Shown: positions 48,657 to 57,540 of the stretch, piece by piece
How the letters are laid out: every line of letters starts with the position of its first letter
Numbering within the stretch: the stretch's first letter is position 1
Source of the DNA: Thermoanaerobaculia bacterium
Lineage (GTDB): Bacteria; Acidobacteriota; Thermoanaerobaculia; Multivoradales; JAGPDF01
Direction of reading: 5' to 3'
DNA: 64,000 nt
Assembly (NCBI GenBank): GCA_036397015.1
Contig: DASWJT010000146.1
Span: 10,378-74,377 of the forward strand
Made by a program: the position numbers and the translations under genes
The notes under the pieces: generated by a model
Database searches by the model: none
What the model was told of the DNA's origin: nothing
What the model saw: only the letters and a program-made list of their open reading frames with translations

Positions 48657-49109
48657 ATGCGTCTAGTCTTGCAGCGCGTGGCGCACGCCGCGGTCGAGGT
48701 GGCGGGCGAGCGCGTCGCCGCCATCGGTCGCGGTCTGCTCGCGCTCGTCGGCGTCGAGGCCGGCGACGGCGAGGCCGAAGTGGCCGCCGCAGCGGAGAAG
48801 ATCGCCACCCTGCGGGTGTTCGAGGACGAGCGAGGGCGCATGAACCTCGACCTCGGCGCCGCCGGCGGCAGCGTGCTCGTCGTCGCGGAGTTCACACTCG
48901 TCGCCGACCTGCGCCGCGGCCGCCGTCCCTCGTTCGCCGGCGCGGCGCCGCCCACGCAGGCCGAGCCGCTCGTCGAGTCGCTGGTGGCGCGCCTCCGGCA
49001 GCGCGGCTGCGAGGTGGAGACGGGCCGCTTTGGCGCCAGGATGCGGGTCGCGCTGGTCAACGAGGGCCCCGTCACCCTGGTCGTCGAGCTGCCGCCCCGG
49101 GGCGGCTGA
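48657..49109 (+). CDS. dtd: D-aminoacyl-tRNA deacylase
   Basis: MRLVLQRV...GLLALVGV...[11 protein letters not shown]...RPSF...[11 protein letters not shown]. This is the Dtd fold, although the usual SQFTL motif reads AEFTL. Confidence 0.88.
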   Translation: MRLVLQRVAHAAVEVAGERVAAIGRGLLALVGVEAGDGEAEVAAAAEKIATLRVFEDERGRMNLDLGAAGGSVLVVAEFTLVADLRRGRRPSFAGAAPPTQAEPLVESLVARLRQRGCEVETGRFGARMRVALVNEGPVTLVVELPPRGG

Positions 49110-49898
49110 AGGCGGCGCCGCGCCGCCGATCTCGACGACCGCGATCGGCTCGGGCATGAAGGTGACGGCGAAGATGGCGAGCGCGGCCCAGGCCAACCGC
49201 CGCCGGCGGGGATCGAGGGGCGCGGCTTCGTCGGCGACGCGCGGGTGACGCAACCCGAGCACGAGGACGATCAGGCACCAGAGCCACCATCCCGGCCAGC
49301 GCAGCCCGAGCAACGCGAGCCCAGCCCACAGCGGCCAGGCCAGCAGCCGCTGCAGCCGGCCGAGGGCGGCGTAGAGCACGTGGCCGCCGTCGAGCTGGGC
49401 GAGCGGCAGCAGGTTGAGCATCGTCGCGAAGAGCCCCACCCAGCCGGCGAGCAGCAGCGGGTGCGGATTGAGCACCCAGCCGGGCGGCAGCTCGCCGTGC
49501 ACGAGGCGGGCGAGCGCGAGCGTAAGGAGGCTGTCTCCCGGCCGGTAGAGGAGGAGCGTGAGACCGCCGCCGGGAGCGAGCGGCAGCGCCGACGGCGCCG
49601 AGAGCCAGACGCCGGCCACGAGCACCGGCAGCAGGGCGACGAAGCCCGCGATCGGCCCGGAGACGCCGACGTCGAGGAGCTGGCGCTTGCTGCGCACCGG
49701 GCCGCGGATGCGGATGAAGGCGCCGAAGGTGCCGAGGCCGACCGGCGCCGGCAGGAAGTAGGGGGGCGTCGCGTCCAACCGGTGGCGTCGACAGACGAAC
49801 CAGTGGCCGAGCTCGTGGCAGAGCAGGATCAGGAGCGTGGGCAGAGAAAAGGCCAGTCCGAGACGGAGAAGGCGCGGATCGCTCCACACCCGGCGCAC
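48663..49898 (-). CDS. M50-family (site-2 protease-like) membrane metalloprotease; boundaries anomalous
   Basis: Motifs: [42 protein letters not shown]. The conserved core ends near 49131, but the frame has no stop until 48663, running antisense to dtd. A family-typical N-terminal TM helix is encoded in frame upstream of the first GTG, up to about 50093, with only CTG or ATC as possible starts. The coordinates given are those of the track ORF. Confidence 0.75.
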   Translation of the reverse strand: MRRVWSDPRLLRLGLAFSLPTLLILLCHELGHWFVCRRHRLDATPPYFLPAPVGLGTFGAFIRIRGPVRSKRQLLDVGVSGPIAGFVALLPVLVAGVWLSAPSALPLAPGGGLTLLLYRPGDSLLTLALARLVHGELPPGWVLNPHPLLLAGWVGLFATMLNLLPLAQLDGGHVLYAALGRLQRLLAWPLWAGLALLGLRWPGWWLWCLIVLVLGLRHPRVADEAAPLDPRRRRLAWAALAIFAVTFMPEPIAVVEIGGAAPPSAAPGRQLDDQGDGALVDQRDPHPGAKAARLHLAAALPEARHQRLDERLGLRGRRRAGERGTAAAAQVGDECELRDDEHAAAGGAEVEVHAPSLVLEHPQGGDLLRCGGHFGLAVAGLDADEREQTATDGGDALARHLDRGVRHALQD

Positions 49899-50095
49899 CG
49901 TCTCGGGGGTCAGGATCGGGAGCAGGTCCGTAACGACGTCGGTGCGCGCCAGCAGGCTCCAGGCACCGCCGAGCGTGGTGGCGGTGAAGAGCGAGGCGAC
50001 GAAGAGGCCGCCGACGAGGAGAGCGCGCGCGACCCGCGAGCGCCGGGGTGGTGCCGGCGGGCCGTCGATCCGCGGTAGGAGCTCGACGCGCAGGG

Positions 50096-50362
50096 TTAGA
50101 GGTCTTTGAGGTCTTTGCCCGGCTTGAAGCGCACCGTGCGTCCGGGCGTGATCGCCACCTCGACCCCCGTCTTCGGATTGCGCCCGACGCCGCGCTTGCG
50201 ATCGCGGACCTGGAAGACGCCGAAGCCGCGCAGCTCGATCCGCTTGCCCGCGCAGAGGGCGACTTTCATCGAATCGAGGATGGTGTCGACCGCCTGCACC
50301 GCCTTCGTGCGCGGCACGTCGGACAGCTCCGCTACGCGGTTGACGATGTCCGCCTTGATCAT
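50096..50362 (-). CDS. IHF/HU-family DNA-binding protein
   Basis: 88 aa: RGFGVFQVRDRKRGVGRNPKTGVEVAITPGRTVRFKPGKDLK. The arm and FKPGK are IHF-like. Confidence 0.92.
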   Translation of the reverse strand: MIKADIVNRVAELSDVPRTKAVQAVDTILDSMKVALCAGKRIELRGFGVFQVRDRKRGVGRNPKTGVEVAITPGRTVRFKPGKDLKDL

Positions 50363-50430
50363 TTCGCTTCGAGCCTCGGCGCGAGACTACGGAACAGCCA
50401 TTGCGCTGTCAACGACTTGCGACGTCCGAT

Positions 50431-51744
50431 TCAGGTCCGGCGCAGCTTTCGTTGCAGGACCAGCAGCTCGAGCGCGGTCGATGCCAGGGGAGCCAGCCGC
50501 CGCAGCTCCTCGACCAGGTCGACCGCGAGCGGCGCGCGCCGCGCAGCGGCGAGGACCAGCCCCACCGTGCGGTCGCGCACGCGCAGGGGCAGGGCGAGGA
50601 CATCGGCGAGCGGTGCGCCGAGCCAGGCGCGCAGCGGCTCGTTGCCGCTCAGCGGAGGCAGCAGCCCGCGGTGGAGCGGCGCGCCGTCGCGCAAAGCGTG
50701 AACGAGCGACGGCTCGCCGAGGTCGACCCGCAAGTCGGTGACCGCGCGAGCGGCCACGCCGTGCGCGCGCCAGCCGGCCGCTTCGCCGGCGCGGATCATC
50801 ATCACGAGGGCGACGTCGGCGCGCGGGCGAAGGAAGTCGACGAGCGCGTCGGCGACCTCGTCGCGGTCGCCGGGCGCCTGCAGCCGGAGCGCGATCGCTT
50901 CGAATCCGGCAGCCGAGGGCTCTGGCGTCGCCGCCGCTGGCGCGGGCTCGACGACGCGCGCCGGCGGGCTCGGCGGAGCGGGTGCCACGGAGGCGGCAGG
51001 CGGTAGTGCGGTGTCCGGAAGGAGCGGCGGGGCCGAGGCGAGAGCCGGAGGCGGCGGGAGCGGCGGTGCCGAGATCTCGGGCTCGGAACGCACAGGGGTC
51101 GAGGCGAGCGAAGGGGGAGCGGGACGCTCGCCCGGCCTCGGCGGCAGCGGGGGGTAGGGCGTCGGCGGACCCGGGAGCGCCGAGGGCGTCGGGGCCGCCC
51201 ACTGGTCCGGCGGCGCCGCCTCGCCGGCCTCCTCCGCCTTCCACATGAAGCGCGCGCGGTTCAAGCGGTCGAGCAGCTTGACGAAGCGGGTCGGGATGTC
51301 GGCGCGATAGGAGCGCGCCAGCGCTTCCTGAATGCGGACTTCGAGCGCGGTGTGCGGGCGGATCCGCCGCCCGCTGACGAAGGCGATCTCGTCGAGGCCC
51401 GCCAGGTCGTGTGGCTCGCTCATCGCCATCGTCAGCTGGGTGCCGCTGGCACGCACCGGGACCGCGCCGCGAGCGAGGGCCACCTTGGCGGGAACGAGGC
51501 GCAATACCTCCTCCGGGATGGCGCGCAAGTCGTCGGCAGCGAGGAACGGCAGCTTGAGCTGATCGGAGAGGACGTCGAGGAGGTCGTCCTCGCGCACGGC
51601 GTCGAGCTCGAGCAGGCAGGTCCCCAGCCGGCCGCCGTGCACGCGCTGCAACCGCAGCGCCTCGAGCAGCATGGCGCGATCCAGCTTGCCGCGGGCCGCG
51701 AGCAGCTCGCCCAGTTTCTGTCGGCTGTCTCGTCGGTACGTCAT
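50431..51744 (-). CDS. T2SSE_N (MshEN-like) domain / Pro-rich linker / GAF-like domain protein
   Basis: In-frame ATG at 51744 (437 aa). The N-terminus QKLGELLAARGKLDRAMLLEALRLQ...LGTCLLEL is a GspE-N type fold. About 120 aa of P/A linker follows. The C-terminal region is GAF-like (LALPLRVRDRTVGLVLAA). Confidence 0.7.
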   Translation of the reverse strand: MTYRRDSRQKLGELLAARGKLDRAMLLEALRLQRVHGGRLGTCLLELDAVREDDLLDVLSDQLKLPFLAADDLRAIPEEVLRLVPAKVALARGAVPVRASGTQLTMAMSEPHDLAGLDEIAFVSGRRIRPHTALEVRIQEALARSYRADIPTRFVKLLDRLNRARFMWKAEEAGEAAPPDQWAAPTPSALPGPPTPYPPLPPRPGERPAPPSLASTPVRSEPEISAPPLPPPPALASAPPLLPDTALPPAASVAPAPPSPPARVVEPAPAAATPEPSAAGFEAIALRLQAPGDRDEVADALVDFLRPRADVALVMMIRAGEAAGWRAHGVAARAVTDLRVDLGEPSLVHALRDGAPLHRGLLPPLSGNEPLRAWLGAPLADVLALPLRVRDRTVGLVLAAARRAPLAVDLVEELRRLAPLASTALELLVLQRKLRRT

Positions 51745-51852
51745 CGTGATCGGGGAACGGTGTGCTGGTGCAAAGCGCTCGGGCATCCTAGCGGCGCCTC
51801 TCGGGTGAGTAAAGGAAGCTCTGCGGTTTCGCCGCGCCGTTATGATGTCGTC

Positions 51853-53730
51853 GTGCGGAGCTCGCTGCGGATGCTGGTGACGGTTTCGCTGCTGGCTTCG
51901 GCGGCGCTCTTCGCCGGCGACCGGCAGCGCGCCGCCGAGCGGTTTCTCGTGGCGCGCGAGCTGGCGGAAGCGGGACGCATCGACGAGGCGCTGGCGGCGC
52001 TCGACGAAGCCGCAGCGATGACTCCTGGCGACCCGTATCTGGCGCTCGAGCGGGCGCAGCTCCTCGCCCGAGTCGGGCGCCTCGACGCCGCCAGCGTGGC
52101 GATCGCGGCGGCCCGGGAGCTGGCTCCGGCGGAGCCCGAAGTCTTGCGCCAGCAGGGGCGCATCGAGATGGGGCGCCTGGGCGACGACCCGCGGGCCCAG
52201 GAGACGGCGAGGGGAGCTTTCGAGGCGCTGCGCAAGGTCGATCCTCAGGATCTCGAGACGCTCGTCTCGCTCGGCCAGCTCTACCTCGGCGCCGGCCAGG
52301 CCGCGCTCGCCGCAGAGGTGCTGGAAGAGGCTTACCGGCAGCGTCCGGAGCACCCGTGGATCCAGTCCCTGCGCACGCGCGCCCTCGTCGCGGCGGGGGA
52401 GAGCGCCGCCGCCGAGAGCGTGCAGCTCGAGGCGCTGCGACGCGACCCGGGCGATCTGCGGGCGCGATTCGAGCTCGCCGAGCGCCTGGCACGTAGCGGC
52501 CAGCATCGCCGCGCCGCGGAGGTGCTCTCGTCGGCGCCGGAGCACCAGCGAGCGGAGCCGGAGCTGCGCTTTCGCCTCGCCAGGCAGCACTTCCTCGCCG
52601 GCGACGTCGAACGGGCGCGCGAGCTGGCGGCGGCCCTGGTGCGCGAGCGTCCCGACGTGGCGCCCCCACGCTTCCTCCTCGCTCGCGCGGAGATCGCTCT
52701 CGGCTATTTCGAGCGCGCCGAAGAGACGCTGGAGCCGGTGCGGCCGCGCGCCGCGAGCGATCCTCTGGTGACCGAGCTGACGCTGCGGGCGCTCGAGGGG
52801 CAAGGGCGGATGGATGAGGCGGCGCGGCTGCTGGAGTCGCGGCGCGAGGCCCTGGCGGAGGCGGACGACGTCGACGGCACCGAGCTCGTCGACCTCGAGC
52901 TGGCACGTCTGTGGGCGGCCGGCGAGCGCTGGGATCTGGCGGCGGAGGCGGCGCGCCGCGTGCTCGCGAGCGGCGTGCCCGAGCGGGCAGAGGCTGCCCT
53001 GCGCGCGACGGCGCGAGCGATCGCCGCCGGCGGGCGCCTCGACGAGGCGCTGGCGCTGGTGGCGGCGAACGGCGGAGCGGCCGCGGATCGCCTGCGGCTC
53101 GAGCTCCTCCTCGTCGCCGGGAGCACCGACGCGGCGCTCGCGCTCGCCGAGCGCCTGAGCGTCTCCCCGGACGTCGACGAGCTGCGGATCGCCGCGCTGC
53201 TGCAGGATGCGGGCGAGCACGCCGCGGCGCTGCCGACGCTGATGGCGGCCCGGCGTACGGCGCCCGATTCGATCGAGGTGGAGTTTCGGGTGGCCTCGTG
53301 CCTCGAGCGGCTCGGCCGGCAGGAGGAGGCGGTCGCCGCCTTTCGCACTCTGCTCGCGCAGGCGCCGGACTTCGCCCCGGCGCTCAACTACCTCGGCTAC
53401 CTCTGGATCGAGCGCGCCGAGAACCTGGAACAGGCCGTGGGCATGGTGGGCGAGGCGGTGCGGCTCGATCCGGACAACGGCGCCTACGTCGATTCGCTCG
53501 GCTGGGGCTACTTCCAGCTCGGCCGGCTCGACGAGGCGGTGCACACTCTCGAGCGAGCGGCGCGACTGCTGCCCACCGACCCGACAGTGCTCGGGCACCT
53601 GGGCGATGCGCTCGCCGCCGCCGGCGACGCCGCGGGAGCGCGCGAGGCGCACGAGCGGGCGCAGGCGGCCGGGGCGGCCGGGAGCGACGAGGCCGAGCGC
53701 AAGCGGCGACGTGACGACGGAGAGAACTGA
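51853..53730 (+). CDS. secreted TPR-repeat protein
   Basis: GTG 51853 (or ATG 51871) gives signal peptide LRMLVTVSLLASAALFAG. Many TPR units follow, and the C-terminus has NYLGYLWIE...DSLGWGYFQLGRLDEA. Confidence 0.78.
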   Translation: MRSSLRMLVTVSLLASAALFAGDRQRAAERFLVARELAEAGRIDEALAALDEAAAMTPGDPYLALERAQLLARVGRLDAASVAIAAARELAPAEPEVLRQQGRIEMGRLGDDPRAQETARGAFEALRKVDPQDLETLVSLGQLYLGAGQAALAAEVLEEAYRQRPEHPWIQSLRTRALVAAGESAAAESVQLEALRRDPGDLRARFELAERLARSGQHRRAAEVLSSAPEHQRAEPELRFRLARQHFLAGDVERARELAAALVRERPDVAPPRFLLARAEIALGYFERAEETLEPVRPRAASDPLVTELTLRALEGQGRMDEAARLLESRREALAEADDVDGTELVDLELARLWAAGERWDLAAEAARRVLASGVPERAEAALRATARAIAAGGRLDEALALVAANGGAAADRLRLELLLVAGSTDAALALAERLSVSPDVDELRIAALLQDAGEHAAALPTLMAARRTAPDSIEVEFRVASCLERLGRQEEAVAAFRTLLAQAPDFAPALNYLGYLWIERAENLEQAVGMVGEAVRLDPDNGAYVDSLGWGYFQLGRLDEAVHTLERAARLLPTDPTVLGHLGDALAAAGDAAGAREAHERAQAAGAAGSDEAERKRRRDDGEN

Positions 53731-54460
53731 GCTGAGGCCGGCTCGCCTGCGCCTCGGAGCGTCGCTGACTCTCGTCGGTCTGACGCTCGGCGCCTGCCGC
53801 TCGACAGCGACGCCCTCGCCGGGCGCGGCGCCGGGCGCTCCACTGCCGCTCGGACCGCCCGTTCAAGTCCTGCTCCGCGCCGAAGCGCGCAGCGACGGAG
53901 AGTCCGCCCGGTTGCGCTTGACGTTGCGCTACTGGGATCGCGAGCGCTTCGAGCTGCGCGCCAGCGATCTGCTCGGCCGCGCCGTCTGGACGCTGGCGGC
54001 GGCGAGCGAGCTCGGGCTGTGGAGGGACCTGCGCGAGCAGCACTCCTGCCGCTTCACCGCCACCGACCGCGTGCGCCTCGAAGGCGTCTCGCTCCCGCTG
54101 CCGTCGCGAGCGCTGCCGGCAGTCCTGCTCGGGGAGCCGCCGGCGCAACCGCCGGACTCGCGACAGCTGACGCCCGCGGGCGCGGGCGGCTCTCGCGTCG
54201 AGTTCGTGGATCGCGACGGCAGGCGGTGGCGAATGCGTCTCGATCGCGACGGCGAGCTGCTCGCGTGGCAGCTCGAAGAGCAGGGAGTCGTGCGCCTGGA
54301 GTGGGAGCGCAGCGGCGAGAGTCGATGGTTGCGCTCTCACGAGCCGGAGCTCGAGATCGAGTGGCGCGAGGTGGCTCGCGAGCCGCTCGTCGCGCCGGCG
54401 CCCGATCTGGCGACCGCCGCACGCGAGGTGCCGGAGTGCGCGAATGGCCACCTTTCGTAG
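53711..54460 (+). CDS. LolB-like / DUF4292-like outer-membrane lipoprotein
   Basis: In-frame GTG at 53711 and lipobox LTLGAC. It occupies the TPR-lolB-ispE position known from other Gram-negatives. It overlaps the TPR gene by 20 nt and ispE by 17 nt. Confidence 0.65.
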   Translation: MTTERTELRPARLRLGASLTLVGLTLGACRSTATPSPGAAPGAPLPLGPPVQVLLRAEARSDGESARLRLTLRYWDRERFELRASDLLGRAVWTLAAASELGLWRDLREQHSCRFTATDRVRLEGVSLPLPSRALPAVLLGEPPAQPPDSRQLTPAGAGGSRVEFVDRDGRRWRMRLDRDGELLAWQLEEQGVVRLEWERSGESRWLRSHEPELEIEWREVAREPLVAPAPDLATAAREVPECANGHLS

Positions 54461-55343
54461 CTTCGCCAAGATCAACCTGTCACTGCGCGTCGCCGGCCGC
54501 CGGGCCGACGGCTACCACGAGCTCAGCACCGTGTTCCAGACGATCGACCTCGCGGACGAGCTCGAGATCCGCCGGCGGCGCCGTGCCGGAGTCGAGCTCG
54601 AAGTGCGAGGAGCCGACCTGCCGAGCGACGAACGCAACCTGGCCTACCGGGCGGCCGAGGCATTTCTGCGCGACCGGGCGCCGGCCGGAGAGGGCGTCTC
54701 GATCCGTCTCGAGAAACGGATCCCCGTCGGTGCCGGACTGGGCGGCGGCAGCGCCAACGCGGCGACGGTGCTGCTCGCGCTCGAGCGGCTCTTCGCGCCG
54801 GCGCCCGACCCCGGGTGGCTGCAGAGCACGGCGCGCTGGCTGGGCGCCGACGTGCCGTTCTTCCTCGTCGGCGGCACGGCGCTCGGTGCCGGCCGCGGCG
54901 ACGTGATCCGGCCGCTCGCCGACGCCCCGCCGCCGCGCGGGGACCTGGTGCTGCTGCTGCCCGCCGCGGGCCTGTCGACCGCGGAGGTGTTCGCTGCGTT
55001 CGGCGCGGCGCCGATCGCCGATCGCCGCGTCGCGGCCTCCGGCGCCGTGCCGACGAGCGGCGCCGAATTCGCAGCTTGGGTCGGCGTCAACGACCTGGAA
55101 GCGGCCGCCTTCCGCGTCCGTCCGGCGCTGGCCGCGTTGTATACTGCCGCGGTCCGATCGGGAGCGCGGCGCGTGAGGATGTCGGGAAGCGGCTCGACTC
55201 TGTTCGCGCTCTACGACGCGGCGGGCGCGGCCGCGGAGGCGGCCCGGTTCTGGCCACCGGACATCGTGTGGAAGAGGGTCGAGACGCTCGACCGAGCGGC
55301 GTGGAGGAGCGCCGGGGGTTGGGCGCCGGCGAGAGGGGAGTGA
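54444..55343 (+). CDS. ispE: 4-(cytidine 5'-diphospho)-2-C-methyl-D-erythritol kinase
   Basis: FAKINLSLRV..RRADGYHEL, and GHMP kinase motif PVGAGLGGGSANAA. Confidence 0.93.
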   Translation: MATFRSFAKINLSLRVAGRRADGYHELSTVFQTIDLADELEIRRRRRAGVELEVRGADLPSDERNLAYRAAEAFLRDRAPAGEGVSIRLEKRIPVGAGLGGGSANAATVLLALERLFAPAPDPGWLQSTARWLGADVPFFLVGGTALGAGRGDVIRPLADAPPPRGDLVLLLPAAGLSTAEVFAAFGAAPIADRRVAASGAVPTSGAEFAAWVGVNDLEAAAFRVRPALAALYTAAVRSGARRVRMSGSGSTLFALYDAAGAAAEAARFWPPDIVWKRVETLDRAAWRSAGGWAPARGE

Positions 55344-55344
55344 C

Positions 55345-55716
55345 GTGGAGATCACCGACGTCCGAGTGTTCCCGATCGAGGACGAGAAGCTCTGCGCCTA
55401 CGTCTCGGTGGTTCTCGACCGTTGCTTCATGATCAACGACATCAAGATCATCCGCGGCCGGGAGGGCCTCTTCATCAGCATGCCGAGCCGCAAGAAGCGA
55501 AACGGCGAGTTCAAGGACGTGGCGCATCCGCTCAATCAGGAGACGCGGCGCCGGTTCGAGGAGCGCATCCTGAGCGAGTATCGAGTTCGTCTCGAGGGCG
55601 AGGACGGCACGGGCGCCCCTGCCGGCGCGGCGCCGCAGGAGAGCGAAACGTCGCGACGCTCGCTGGAAGATGTCGAGCGCGACCACCTCGACGATGCCTT
55701 CTGGGGAATGAGCTGA
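55345..55716 (+). CDS. spoVG: SpoVG-family protein
   Basis: GTG start. VEITDVRVFPIEDEKLCAYVSVVLDRCFMINDIKIIRGREGLFISMPSRK. Confidence 0.93.
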   Translation: MEITDVRVFPIEDEKLCAYVSVVLDRCFMINDIKIIRGREGLFISMPSRKKRNGEFKDVAHPLNQETRRRFEERILSEYRVRLEGEDGTGAPAGAAPQESETSRRSLEDVERDHLDDAFWGMS

Positions 55717-55751
55717 GACCGTCGCGCGGAGCGCGGTACGTGAACCGGCGC

Positions 55752-55826
55752 TGGGGCGTCGCCAAGAGGTAAGGCAGCGGACTTTGGATCCGCCATTCGG
55801 AGGTTCGAATCCTCCCGCCCCAACCA
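55752..55826 (+). tRNA. tRNA-Gln (anticodon UUG), CCA encoded
   Basis: Cloverleaf folded by hand. Acceptor TGGGGCG/CGCCCCA (U1-A72), D arm GCC..GGC, anticodon stem GCGGA/TCCGC with loop CTTTGGA, T arm GGAGG-TTCGAAT-CCTCC, discriminator A, then CCA. It is close to E. coli tRNA-Gln. Confidence 0.95.
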
Positions 55827-55893
55827 CGCGCGGGGCCGAGAGCGGCGGCGAGCCAAGAAAACGGAGCCAGTCGAGGTGAGAGGAAACGGCACG

Positions 55894-56835
55894 ATGTACG
55901 GGGAGATCAAGATCTTCAGCGGCCGCGCGCATCCATCGCTGGCGCGCGAGATCTGCGACTACCTCAATCTCCCGCTGGGGCGCTCGACCGCCTACAACTT
56001 CTCGGACGGTGAGACGTTCTGTCAGATCGACGAGAACGTCCGCGGCTCCGACGTCTTCATCGTGCAGCCGACCTGCCGGCCCGTCAACGAGAACCTGATC
56101 GAGCTGCTGATCATGCTCGACGCCTTCAAGCGTTCGTCGGCGTCCCGCGTCACCGCCGTGCTGCCCTACTACGGCTACGCGCGGCAGGACAAGAAGGACG
56201 CGCCGCGCGTGCCGATCACGGCCAAGCTGGTGGCGGACCTGGTTTCGCGCGCCGGCGCCGACCGCGTGCTCACCATGGACCTGCACGCGGCACAGATCCA
56301 GGGCTTCTTCGACGTGCCGGTGGACCACCTGTTCGCGGCCCCGGTGCTGCTCGACGCCATCCGCGGGCTCAGCATCGGCGAGCTGATGATCGTGGCGCCG
56401 GACGCCGGCGGCGTCGAGCGCGCGCGCGCCATCGCCAAGCGCCTGGGCGTCGGGCTCGCCATCGTCGACAAGCGGCGCACGGCGCCCAACGTCGCCGAGG
56501 TGATGCACATCATCGGCGATGTCGCGGGCAAGAACACGCTCATCCTCGACGACATCATCGACACTGCAGGTACGCTCGCCAAGACGGTGGACGCGCTGAA
56601 GGCGCAAGGCGCTCAGCGCATCCTCGCCGCCGGCGTGCACGGCGTGCTCTCGGGACCGGCGATGGATCGCATCCAGGCGTCGCCGCTCGAGCTCGTGCTG
56701 GTCACCAACACCACGCCGGTCGAAGAGAAGCTCCAGCGCTCCTCCAAGCTGCGCGCCCTCTCGGTCGCGCCGCTGCTCGGCGAGGCGATCCTCCGCATCC
56801 ACGAGAACAGCTCTGTCTCCTCGCTCTTCGTCTAG
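55894..56835 (+). CDS. prs: ribose-phosphate pyrophosphokinase
   Basis: ATG 55894 follows GAGAGGAAA; the track ORF begins at GTG 55876. Motifs: IKIFSG, DLHAAQIQGFF, LILDDIIDTAGT. Confidence 0.95.
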   Translation: MYGEIKIFSGRAHPSLAREICDYLNLPLGRSTAYNFSDGETFCQIDENVRGSDVFIVQPTCRPVNENLIELLIMLDAFKRSSASRVTAVLPYYGYARQDKKDAPRVPITAKLVADLVSRAGADRVLTMDLHAAQIQGFFDVPVDHLFAAPVLLDAIRGLSIGELMIVAPDAGGVERARAIAKRLGVGLAIVDKRRTAPNVAEVMHIIGDVAGKNTLILDDIIDTAGTLAKTVDALKAQGAQRILAAGVHGVLSGPAMDRIQASPLELVLVTNTTPVEEKLQRSSKLRALSVAPLLGEAILRIHENSSVSSLFV

Positions 56836-56863
56836 TCAACACCTCCGACAAGGAAGATTCGCC

Positions 56864-57529
56864 ATGAACGAAGCCACCATCGAAGTCGATCGCCGGAGCG
56901 GCACCGGCAAGGGTGTCAGCCGGCGGCTGCGCGCCGCCGGCGTCGTCCCCGCGGTCCTCTACGGCGCCGGTCGCGACCCGATCGCGATCCAGGTGCCGCG
57001 CAAGACTCTCCTCGACCTGTTCAAGGCCGGCGGGCACGAGAACCGCATCTTCCTGCTCAAGCTGGCGGGCACCGATCAGACGCGCCACGCCATGGTGCGC
57101 GACCTGCAGCTCGATCCCACGACACACGAGATCGCGCACCTCGATTTCCAGCGCATCGCGATGGACCGCAAGCTGCGCGTGCGGGTGCACGTCGAGCTCG
57201 AGGGCGTTCCCTACGGCGTGAAGACCGAGGGCGGCATTCTCGACTTCGTCACCCGCGAGCTGGAGGTCGAGTGCCTGCCGGCGGAGATCCCCGCCGAGAT
57301 CCGCGTCGATGTCGGCGAGCTGCGCATCGGCCAGCACCTCGAGGCCGGGCAGGTGACCCTCCCGGAGGGCGTCGATTACGTCGGCGCGCCGGACGCGGTC
57401 CTCGCCTCGGTCAAGCACGCGCGCGTCGAAGAAGTGCCGGTCGAGGCCGCCGCCACCGAGGTCGCGGCCGAGACGGCCGAGCCGGAGGTCATCCAGCGCG
57501 GCAAGAAGGACGAGGCGGAAGAGTCCTGA
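56864..57529 (+). CDS. rplY: 50S ribosomal protein L25 / general stress protein Ctc
   Basis: GKGVSRRLRAAGVVPAVLYG, with an acidic C-terminal extension. It sits in the prs-ctc-pth position. Confidence 0.93.
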   Translation: MNEATIEVDRRSGTGKGVSRRLRAAGVVPAVLYGAGRDPIAIQVPRKTLLDLFKAGGHENRIFLLKLAGTDQTRHAMVRDLQLDPTTHEIAHLDFQRIAMDRKLRVRVHVELEGVPYGVKTEGGILDFVTRELEVECLPAEIPAEIRVDVGELRIGQHLEAGQVTLPEGVDYVGAPDAVLASVKHARVEEVPVEAAATEVAAETAEPEVIQRGKKDEAEES

Positions 57530-57540
57530 CCGGGCTCCGC

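Noticed and set aside
51745-53652. N-terminal 636 aa of the 1073-aa minus ORF (50431..53652)
   Set aside because: It is antisense to the TPR protein gene. Protein-like sequence begins only at ATG 51744 (the T2SSE_N domain); upstream of that it is shadow frame.
55752-55826. tRNA-Gln as an integration hotspot or genomic-island boundary
   Set aside because: There is no integrase, no direct repeat of the tRNA 3' end, and no compositional change nearby. The flanking genes (ispE, spoVG, prs, ctc, pth) form a widely conserved housekeeping array.
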